A stretch of DNA of 64,000 nt from Adineta vaga (lineage: Eukaryota; Animalia; Rotifera), in assembly GCA_021613535.1 (NCBI GenBank), contig CP075494.1, positions 3,782,001-3,846,000 on the forward strand. Reading direction: 5' to 3'. Made by a program: the position numbers and the translations under genes. The number at the start of each line of letters is the position of its first letter. The stretch's first letter is position 1. Below, in pieces: positions 38,735 to 49,896 of the stretch. Below the pieces are notes generated by a model. The model did no database searches. It was not told the origin of the DNA and saw only the letters and a list, made by a program, of their open reading frames with translations.

Positions 38735-40396
38735 ATGAAACGATCCAATGCCTCAATTAACAATAATCGAGATCTTATGTCATCTCAATCAAAACGTAAT
38801 CGATCAACAGGTGTTTCGAACGATAAGGAAAATAATGTTTCTACAGATAATAATCATATTTCTACTTTCGATAAAGAAACATCCAGTAAACTTACTCAAC
38901 GTTCGAAAATAAATAGATTTAATAATACTTGTCGTGAAAATAGTTTAACTAATATGTCAAACGTACAATCTCAACCTACCATTTCATTTTCATCATCTCC
39001 ATCTTTGAAAAATAAACCAATCTCGATAAACAACAATGACAAATCTCGTACTGATACGAATAAAACATTTCCTGCTGAACCAGTTGATCTTGAATTAGAA
39101 GATTGTCGTGTAAATAATATTCATAATCGTGCATCAGCAAATTCACGATCACAGTTAGTACTTTTTTCAGTATTTCATTTATGCATTGCTCGATTATTAT
39201 TAGACCAACTGTAACACCTTCAACAGCTAAGAAACAAGTATCGAAATGGTAATACATCAATGTAGATAAAACTTGTGATATGAAAAGTTTTAATACTTTT
39301 TTCATTGAAAATAGTTTGACACAAATTCCCGATCGTGGTCAATCTTCTAACTTGTGTAATGCATTTTTGAATCAATCAACAACATCAACATCAAGTAGCA
39401 ATTCGATTTCTTCACATATTGAGGGTACATTAGAATACCGTGAACTTAAACGCCTTTATTTGAAAGAAAAAGCGTTGGCAGAAGAATGGAGGAAAGATTA
39501 CGCTATTTTAAAGAGCCAAATGGCTACTTTAAAAGCAACCAGTATTCGTATGTTAAAATTTTTTCATTAGTTTTCAAATTTAATTTTCAAAAAAAAACTT
39601 GTTGCGAAGATTGAGAAAGCTATTTCCAACCTAAAAGTTGTATGATAAAATATAAAATACTTTCCTATATTATCTTAGTAACTTTGACAGACTATTCAGT
39701 ATCTTCTAGTTTAGCTTGGTAGCATTCTTCATTCATTATTTTTGCTTTTAGCTCGTCCAACAGCTGATGTTATTGAATGGATACGAGAACTAATGGACAT
39801 TTTAAATAGCAACGGAATGTTTACCGGTGACGGACGCACTTTGGATCAGATCGGAGAGGATTTAGGTGTTGATCCTGCTAGTCTTGCAACAGTTTTAGCT
39901 CGTACGCCTCAGAAATCTTCTCTCAAGCTTTTTCGTTTGTTATATCCTACAATCAGTAGTCGAGCGCATTGTCGATCGATTTTATCAGTTCCAGATGAAC
40001 AATTAACAAATATCTACAGTAAATTTTCAATTTTTTAATAGATATATATATTATCTTATTCTAGATTACGTACGTACTCTACACCGAAATCTGAGTTTTA
40101 GCATGGCCGATATGCGCAAAGCTATTGGCACCAGCATCCGCAGTGCAATGTGCGAGTTGCGCCGAATGCAACAACATGATCAACAACGATCAGATGATTT
40201 ACCAGGTGATCACGATTTGGATGCAAATGAAACACATGAATCAAATGAACATATGGTTAGTGATTTCAATGCAGATGATGAGTTTATTGGTGAAGAAAAT
40301 GAAGACGATGATCAGGACGAATATGATGACGAAGAAGATGAACATCTTCTTGAAATTGATGATGATGATGAAGAAGAAGAAGAAGAAGACGAATAA
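38735..40396 (+). CDS. Transposon accessory gene (multi-exon): disordered N-terminus, coiled coil, possible BEN-like helical domain, acidic tail
   Basis: ORF pieces 38729-39214, 39280-39570, 39742-40038, 40103-40396 separated by short intron-sized gaps; KLFRLLYP..R..LTNIY.YVRTLH..DMRKAIGTSIRSA; D/E-rich tail. BEN assignment is inference. Confidence 0.6.
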
Positions 40397-40930
40397 TAAC
40401 ATACTAATGTTCTATTCTTCTTATGTACTCCGCATCTTTTATTTCCTTTTCTATTGAATTTGATTACTTATATTATTCGTTTAATTCTTCTGCTCTTCGT
40501 GGTGTTTTTTTTACTTCCAAAAGTTCATTATAATATTTACATTGATTTTTCTATTGCTTATTAAAAGTTTAATTGATCTAAAACTACGAATTTTTTAAAT
40601 TTATTCCTAGGATATACAGCTTTACTTATATCGATGTTTCAATATTGAATGCGAATATACAGAAAAATTCGTATAAAAAAATCTCAATGGTACAGCAGAT
40701 AATCAAGAATACATGCTTTGGGTTTGATCACTTATAATAATATAGCTAAACGACCAAGATTATCTTCTAACAAATTCTATTGAAAAGGAATTTTTGCTTA
40801 ACCGAATTAACGAACAAAAAGAGAATAAAATTCGTTTATTTCTATTGAAATATTAGATTATATTTTAATCAATTGAGTTTAATATTGTTTATATATTCAT
40901 ATATATATATATATGATCTAGATTATAACA

Positions 40931-43900
40931 ATGCATGGTAATAATGAATGTCCATTACGTCCTGCTAAAGCTATTGCTCGACAGTTACGGGCTGCTACTG
41001 AACGTCTTGCGAGAAACAATTTACTGTCGACCATTATTTCGATTGATCCACACGATATTGAGTAAGTGCATAATAAAGTATATATTTGTTTTAATAGTTA
41101 TCATAAAAACACAGAATAAATGTGAACCACAATACTGAACCAGATGATATCAATGATCTGGCAGATAATTCAATTATGGTAGACGGAGATGAGGCGCAAA
41201 TGCAAACGGATTCAATAATGCGTGATGACACCGTTGTAGTTGATTATCCATATTTAGATGATGATAATGATATTGATGATATACAGAATGAACATGCAGA
41301 AGATCAATGTACTGTCAATGATGCTCAATCATCTATACCTAGTTGCGAAGAAATATCGATCGCTATTGCCCTTTAACGACATAGACACAATCTATCCAAA
41401 TCATGTGTCAACGACTTTTGTCATTTGCTAAGTGTACTTGGCGTTAAAAATGTTCCTACAGATTTTCGTACTATCGAAAAATATCTTATAAAAAAGCAGG
41501 AAAATATTTTACAAAGCAAAAAGGTTTTTGTTTGTCCACAATGTAGTTATAGAGGGACTAGTTCATCCAAATGTGAGAACGAAAGTTGTAACTTAAAAAC
41601 TGGCTTTCATTCTACTCCAACAACATTATGTACATTTCGGCTTTTACCTCAAATAATATCAATATTAGAACGCCATACCATTTTACCAGAGTGCAATGGA
41701 AAATATCATTTAGGAGTATCAGATGTTCAAGAAAGTCACATTCGTCGAAATATTGTTTTAAAAGAACGATTATTGGATCCAAATAAACAAATAGTAACTT
41801 TTCTTTTGAATAGTGACGGTGTCGTTATCAAAAAGTTTAGTCGATCAGTTTGGATAACGTCGATGGTTATAAATGAGCTACCTCGAAAGATAAGATTTAA
41901 CAACAATAACATTATCATTTGTTCTATATCTATGGGTAGTAACAAGCCGAAAAAGTATGAATTTCAAAGTTTCATATCTGAATGGGTGCATGAATTGAAA
42001 CAACTCGAACTTGGTTTTTATATATGTCCGCCTAATTTAAATGAGAATTTCGTAAAGGTACATGGTTTTCTAATTGCCGCGGCACTTGACAAGCCAGCAC
42101 AAGCTTTACTGATGAACATCAATGATCCAACAGGATACTATAGTTGTGTGCGCTGTACCATAAAAGGTGATTTATTATAGTTTTTTGCTATTTTTATGAC
42201 TAAAATTGGAATTCATAGTTACATATCCTGAATTCTAAGTAAGATTCTACGAGTAAAAAGAACGATTATTTATTGAATCACGATCACTGAAGGACACAAT
42301 AGAAATCAAAATACCTTTATGTTTAAAGTTATCAAGTAGATAAAAATCATTTTATTTTTACTTAGTTTTATCGTATAAACTATCATGTTCTAAGTCTTCC
42401 TCTTATATGAATAATCGTTTCATAAATTGTGCAACTTTGTATAAACGTAAACTACCTATGCTTTACGAAATTGTTATTCAATTAATATTCTATTAAATCG
42501 TGCATATTTTTCGTAGCAGTTAGATCGAAAAGATTTTGGATTTTTCATCTTCAACTATATAATTATAGTCGTATAATTGAAGCTGAAAAACAAATCGAAA
42601 GTCTTTAATAATATATAAAAAAAAGTCTTTTGTCCAACTAATCAATATATTTATATACTCAATTATTAGTTATGATTTGATTTAAGGTATGTCTGTGAAA
42701 AAAGGAAAAGGTAGCACTCGAGTGTTCATAAGAGATGTAAAGGATGTGATTGAAGATCGAAATAATCATCTATATGATATACATATATTCAATCTATCAC
42801 GAGTAAGTATGGTTCTATAATATTATCAGCAGATTTTTCGTTATATTTATTCTAGAAAGCATCAAAATCAAAACAGAACTCTATTGATCCTGCTTGTGGA
42901 CATCAAGGCCCATGTCTTTTGCGTACTTTGTCCTACTTTGATGTTGGACAATCATTTACTTCTGATTCTCTTCACAATGTGTATTCGGGAACGTTCGTAA
43001 GAATTTATATACAAAGAATATTTCCAATTAAACTACCACTTTATTATATTTAATAGAAGCGTTTATTAGAAATATGGTTCACAACTCCTAAGAAATCTTA
43101 CTCAATAAAAACAAGTTTGAATTTGATCGAAAAAAAACTTGATTCAATTCGGTATCCTACCACCACATATCATTTACCTTCTCGATTAAGACATTTCCAA
43201 ACATTCAAAGGAAATGAATTTCGTTTAACATTATTGTTTGGCTATCAGTAAGTACAACGATATTTTGTAAAACATAGTTTGTATCTTTTTCATCAATTGC
43301 ATACATGTCTACACTTTTATACTGACGAAATATATGTTAGTACAGAAAGTACATTTTGACAATGTCTTTTATGGAAAAATTCTAGTTAAAAAGACATTTA
43401 ATATACTCCCTCGTTTAGTTAAGTTGTAGTTATTCTAATGAAAAATATATAAATGCTTATTAATTAAGAAATAAGATAAACATCGCTAACGTACTCTTAA
43501 AGATGCAAAGAAACTTTTTAAAATTTTTATTTAGATATTTTGAACCATTTCTTCCAGCTCATCATTACAAACACTTGAAGCTTCTCGCGTTTGCTATGTC
43601 TTTATCAGAATCATCTATGCTTGCTGATGATACAATTGATACAATTGAATTTTTATTGGACGAATTTGATCGTTTATTTTCAATATTGTATTCAGTGAGT
43701 ATGTTAATATGCATACAAGTATGACGTAACACATAAATAAAACTATATTTTTGATTATACCAGACAAATTCACGCGTCTTTATACACTATTAAATTTCAT
43801 TCGAAACACTATTTATAATATAGTCTGACAATTGTCTCTACAATATGTAGATGATTAAATATATTTTTCCTCTAATAACAAGGTTACAGTGAATCGCATT

Positions 43901-45280
43901 GAAAGGAATAACTTCGTATACTCAACGTCTCATACAAAAGTAGATAATGAGTGAAGAAAAAGACGATTTATAAACAGCTTTGATTTTGTACTCTGTGTTT
44001 CTCGTGATTATTTAATGTCTCCAGATCATCATTTAGTCATTTGATTCATTTCTCCTCAAAATTTGAATATAACTATTTCAGTAACGCTTTATACAACTCA
44101 TCTAATACACTATAACATGTTAACTGAATATATGTGGACTTATAAATAATAAGTGCTTTCGACAATATCGTTTACACAAGAACTTTTATAGAAAAAAGCT
44201 CTTGGTATCAAAAACTATATAGCAATTTAATAGTTTGGTGAAAAATTGTGTTGTTTTCTGAGCAATCGAAATATGTAAAACATTGTTCTTAAGAAAATAT
44301 AACCTGTATTTTCTGACTATAATTGGAATAGCATAAGGCCAATTTTGAAAGCTCATCACAGATAATTTTTTTAATGCTTTTATAACGTTAATCAGCACTG
44401 TTATTGACAATTGAAATTTAATTTATTTTCTAAAACTAGTATTTTTAAGGAAAACACAATGACATCCGTCATACATTCTATGATACATATTCCTCAATCT
44501 CTGAGAGATTTTGGTCCAATGCAAAACTTCTCTACCTTCAATTTTGAAAGTACGATTGGTATGTTTCAAAACGATAAAGATGATTATTTTATTTCGAACA
44601 AACGTTCGATATTTTATACTTTAGGTTCGATTATTCAATCAATCAATGGACCCAATCTTATTATATCAGAATTGTTCAATAATATTAACATTGTGCAAAG
44701 TGCAATGAAACAAGTAACTAATTTTACATTTAATCGATCGTTAAAATTATTTGTGCGTCGTTTATTCTCGTCCAAACGTCAAGCGCTACCAACTGAAAAA
44801 TCTATAAATGAAAACAGCCATCTTCGTTTTGGTCGAAAAGCAGAGTTGTCTTTTGATAATAGTTTCACGAACTACTTACACGCCAATTCGTTCATGAACT
44901 TGCCGCTTTATCAAACGTTTTGGAAAAACAATGTCCAGTTCTCGGTATACAATACTCGTTCGACTACAAAAAATTCCGACTCTTGTTTATTGTTTAAATG
45001 TAAACAAAATGAATTTAACTGTGGGTTTATTTCTGCTATTATTCATGAATCAGCACAAGATTGTCGGCTGATTCTTCATACAGTAGATATTAGTAGTCGA
45101 GATACTCTTAAATTAAAAAATAAACAAATAATTAATCCATTCATATTTTGGGGGAAAATGACAAATCCAACTCATCTGACTACAATTAATGTACACGATA
45201 TCATTGTCAAACTGGCTTATAGCAAAAGTGATGAAGTTTTTCATTTCTTTCGTTATCCTAACATTGTTGAAAGCACCTAA
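40931..45280 (+). pseudogene. EnSpm/CACTA-type transposase, multi-exon, premature TAA at 41374-41376
   Basis: RHNLSK..LL..LGV.NVPTDFRT; CPQC; LNSDGV; SVW; ELP..IRF; LDKPAQA; GYYSCVRC..KG; DSLHNVYSG; FKGNEFR; HSMIHI..FGP..FSTFNFE; start approximate. Confidence 0.9.
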
Positions 45281-46559
45281 AAATAACACTCATTTATGCA
45301 TGTTATACTGATAATTTGTTGAACCATTCTTTTCATCATGAAAATATGTTGTTTTTCTTTAAGTCCTTTTTATCATTATTTTAGATAAAATCAATCTTGT
45401 CAAATTAAAGACGGACTGTATATGTTGAAGTTCACTTCGAATTTCATGAATGTATATCATATTTGCATTTCATATATGTTATATATGTATATCATTGTTT
45501 TATCAAGAAAAGCTGTACCTGAAGCACTTATAAAAAATGGTTTTGAAATATGTAATAGAAACTATAGCATGTAATCAAGATAAACATCAGTAATTTATGT
45601 GTTTTCATAGCTTAGAAATACAGATGACGGAAGATATATGTGTTAAATCGATAACAATGGTAATTTAACACCAATAATCATGTGAGTTTTTTTCTTATAC
45701 GTTAAAACGCTCTGATGTGGAGCATTTATCGGATCTACACGCCTTTTTCCGGCAGAAACTATGATTTTGAACATGTAACGTAAACAAAAAATTGATAGAG
45801 TTTGTAAACGTGAATTGAATTCGTCAAGACGCATTTAATTTTCTCCTTTTTGACATTAACAAATTGATATTTCCCAGGAGGATGCGAAAAGAATTTTCTC
45901 CGAAATAAAACGCACGAAGTTGCAATTTTCCAGCATGTACATCATTATGATTGACAATGAAGTTCGTTTCATTCAAATCTATAAGATTTAACGCGTGACA
46001 TCTGAGATATTCAAACATTTACACACTTGTAATAAGAACCGGGCAGTCAAACGTTACAAAAAGCAATATTCAGTCTGTTTACACGTCTCTTTATAGCGGT
46101 CAAAAAAATTTCTCCCGTGCTCACAGCTATAAAGCTAGTATCTTTACGCTTACACAGCCACTTTTTTCTACACGCGTTTAAACACTGAAATAATGCAATT
46201 CTTCAGCGTTTACACGCGTTTTCCCAAAAGCTTGTCTGCTTGGGTTACGTCACTTAAGATCAGGCATAATCCATTTGCTCACCATTTCGTTTTGCGATTC
46301 AATCTAGATCCTCGAATTCGAATATGTTGTGTTGCTGGATGAGAATCATCTAACTAGAATTCACGTTACTGTTTTTGTCCGATTTCTTCAAAAAATAAAA
46401 TATAGAACGTCTCTTGTTCTGAAAGAAATATGCGAATACTATGTGTTCTTTGCAAATATTATCAACTACAAACTATTGTTTGTTTTGCATAAGAAGACTA
46501 TCTGTAGTTTTTATAACATTAGAGTAGAATTTAATCTTCTGGCTTAAACTGATCTCAAG

Positions 46560-47160
46560 ATTCAATTCTTAATAACAATAAAGATCAAGTTTTTTCAATA
46601 TTGAATCTTAGCACTTGATTATTAATCCGATCAGCAACATAAAGATTGCCATGTCGATCAAATACTAACCTTCAGGATGATAAAATTGATTTGGTTGTAT
46701 TCCGTCATCATTTCCACCAACCGTGACACTTCCCTGATTGGTTCCATTGCACCAACGCATCACTCTGTCATTCGAATAGACTGCCACGTAGACTGTCCCC
46801 GAAAGATCGGCGATCACTCCTCGAGGATATGATAATTGTGGCAAATTATTGCCTGAACCCTGACTACCAGCCACAACGATTCCTTCTTTAGCATTCTTCG
46901 TCCATTTCATCACACGATGATTGTACAAATCTGACACATAGACAGAGTAGTTTTGATCAACAAAGATATAATGAGGATTATTGAGTTGGTTCAGTTGACG
47001 ACCTGATCCATTACCACCTGCTACTACTAGCCCATCGGTTACATCACATTTCCATTCCATAATGCGGTGATTTCCAAAGTCAGCAATGTAGAGCGTTCTT
47101 CATCAGCATCGGAGAACATAAAGAAAATTTTGATCATCCATTGCTAAGCCGCCAATGAAA
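46560..47160 (-). pseudogene. NHL-repeat gene fragment
   Basis: GLAMDDQNFLYV, LYIADFGNHRIMEW, VAGGNGSGRQLNQLNNP, premature stop after FYHPEG; begins next to the element at 47164-47207. Confidence 0.8.
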
Positions 47161-47163
47161 CCA

Positions 47164-47207
47164 TCTTGAGGGTGTGAGTATCATGTTCATCCTATAGCCA
47201 CCCAAGA
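47164..47207. repeat. Telomere-like hairpin element (short)
   Basis: TCTTGAGGGTGTGAGTAT...GCCACCCAAGA. Confidence 0.75.
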
Positions 47208-48095
47208 CTAGACGCCTACTATCAAGTCGAACCATAGACCCAGTACATTTATTTTGACACGATTGTTTCAGATTCTATTGAAAACTTAAAATAAAAGATT
47301 GATTACTCTACTATCTTCTTGTTAACTTAGACTTCGATAGATTTTATATTCTGTAGCTATAATGTGTCTGAGAAATCCTGGAAGTGTTGTAGTAGATCCG
47401 ATGGAACTACTTCTGCGTTTGTTCTTCCATACTTCTTTTAGATTGATCACCATTTTAAACGTTCGACACACGAGTCTGACATTATCCAGATCGTAAAGAG
47501 ACAGGAAACGAAAGATTTCAACTAAAAGTTCATTTGGTAAACATCCTAAATAAGAATTTGCTAGTGCTTCTTCATGTTCAGCAACAGACCCGACATGCTA
47601 CAGAGACTCAACCGATGGTAAACGCTCTTCTACAGTTGATTCTTCGTGTTCAATTCTATACGTCAAATCTGTGCAGAAATTTTGCACCATAGACGTCTAA
47701 AGTATCCCTACTGCTGTGAGTGCAGCACTAAAAAAATAATTTACATAAATGGAAAAAAATCTCTTGTCATAAATTTGCATATACTTCTTTCTTTCATCAT
47801 ATTTCTTGCACAATGTCATTGCTTTTTCCTAGCTTGTTCTTATCTGTAGTTAATAAGAGAACAATAGAAAAGAAAAGGAAATATATGCTTTAATCAAAAA
47901 TCGAAGAAATGACCAAAAAATTCATTCACGCACATAAAAGAATCAGAGTAAGAGTTTTGTTCTATTTTGTCATGTATGAAATTGCAAATCTCATATATAA
48001 GGCATCTGTGAAAGTTATTTATTTGCATATTAGACTTAATAAGAAAAATAATGGTAACAAATATGTTTTACATTCATTCGATCATAGAAAAAAAA

Positions 48096-49767
48096 ATGAA
48101 TCGTCTGAAAAAATATCCACAAGTCAAAGTATCGACTATTGCACGTCGAAAACGAAGGTCAACTCATCGCATATCAAAGGCAATGATATTTAAAAACCAA
48201 ATTCAGATGGTTTCATTAAGATTTTTCTCTTTCAGATAAGAACGACAGATGACAGGAAACGAAGTCCAAAATCATCAAAACAACCGATATCTTCACATGA
48301 ACAGGTTGCACCACATCCTTATTCATTCGAAAGAGTGTTAGTTCCGAGTAAATTGAATAATAATTTTATACACAAAGATCAATCAGAAATCAAATTAACC
48401 GATCCGAACAGTTCATTGTTCTCTTCTAATAATCCTTCAAAGTGAGTATAAACATTACATTCATTGACATTTTTCTTACTAATGTGTGTTTATAGAAACA
48501 CAACGGTAAGAGATACTTTGAAAACAAGAAAGAAATCAAGAAAGTATTGTAAATCTTGGCTTATTTTACTTTGTCTTTTATTAATAACCGTCATGTTATT
48601 ATCTCTGGTTATGGGAATTTTCGGTTTGATCTCTCTAAATAAAAGTTCAGGTAAAGCCATTTTCAAAATTTAAATTTCTGAAAAAGAATCTACACATTTC
48701 GTTTTAGCTGTAACAATAACTACAACGCCAACTCCAGGTAACGTATGCTTCTATTTTATATCTTGATAGATTTTCTTTTTAGGATGGACAAATATTAACA
48801 GTTTGGATATTGCTCGAATGACCCATACAGCATCTACGCTAACAAATGGAAAAGTACTTATTGCTGGAGGATATAATGGTCTTCATTTGGATAGTGCTGT
48901 ATTGTATGATTCATCCACAAGTTTATGGTCAGCGACTGGTAATTTGAATTCTGCTCGACGTTATCATACATCATCTTTATTGACAAACGGAAAAGTATTA
49001 GTTACCGGTGGAAACAATGGTATGAATTTAAATACAGCTGAACTATATGATTCAACGACAGGATTATGGACAATCACAGGAAATATGACTTCTGCTCGAT
49101 ATGCACATACAGCATCTGTTTTAACCAATGGAAGCGTATTAGTTACGGGTGGAGTTGATGGCCTTGCTTTAAGTAGTAGTGAGTTGTATGATCCTTTAAC
49201 TGGAATGTGGACAATTACTGGTAATATGTCTACTGGTCGATATCTACATACAACATCTGTATTAACCAACGGAAAAGTACTAGTTGCCGGGGGATCTAAT
49301 ATGGCTGCATCTTTGAGCAGTGCTGAATTGTATGATCCATCAACAGGAATATGGACAACAACTGGCAATATGACTGATAGTGATATTTTCACACAGCATC
49401 TATATTAACAAGTGGAAAAGTATTGATTACTGCTGGATTTACTACTGGTTACATGAATAATGCTGAAGTGTATGATTCATCAACAGGAATGTGGGCAGTC
49501 ACCGGTAGTACAAATTATGCGCGAGCTTATCACACTGCAACTTTACTAACAAATGGAAAAGTGCTTGTCGTTGGTGGATCTAATAGCGTTGGTTATATCA
49601 ATAGTGCTGAGTTGTATAATCCGTCTACAGGAATATGGACAATTACTGCTAATATGAGTTCTGCTCGTCGTGAGCATACAGCTTCCATATTAACCAACGG
49701 AAAAGTGCTAATAGTATGTGGTTTCAATAGTGCTGTTTTAAATAGTTCTGAATTATATCAACCATGA
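48096..49767 (+). CDS. Membrane-anchored kelch-repeat protein, multi-exon, with a 1-nt frameshift near 49380
   Basis: TM WLILLCLLLITVMLLSLVMGIFGLI; six R.xHTAS.LTNGKVL..GG..S.ELYDP.TG.W repeats across two frames; start approximate. Confidence 0.8.
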
Positions 49768-49896
49768 TAATAAATATTTGAAAGCAAATAGACATAGATG
49801 TTTTGTGATGTATTCTCCTATGTTGTATGTCTTCATATAGTTATTGAATAAATGAAGAGTATAGAATTTATGCGATGTTTTAAAGCTAAATATATT

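Larger units (their letters stand above)
35832..46244 (+). mobile_element. CMC/EnSpm (CACTA-superfamily) DNA transposon, 10.4 kb, CCC...GGG termini, 2-bp TSD (TT)
   Basis: Imperfect TIR CCCAAGCAGACAAG(A/C)TTTTG..AAAACGCGTGTAAAC at 35832 and inverted at 46208-46244; TT on both flanks; removing it restores the T-box frame; contains a transposase. Confidence 0.95.
35047..46342 (+). pseudogene. Divergent T-box transcription factor gene interrupted in exon 4 by the EnSpm element
   Basis: Spliced: IQLEDEHIWTEF..LENIVTYAGRRLFPS..YLHHDSPNLGSFWM..ISFAHLKLT / HMYVPRIRIV..TFIAVTKYWNEE / V (35829-35831) [insertion] TSLKIRHNPFAHHF (from 46247); apparent frameshift near the start. Confidence 0.9.
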
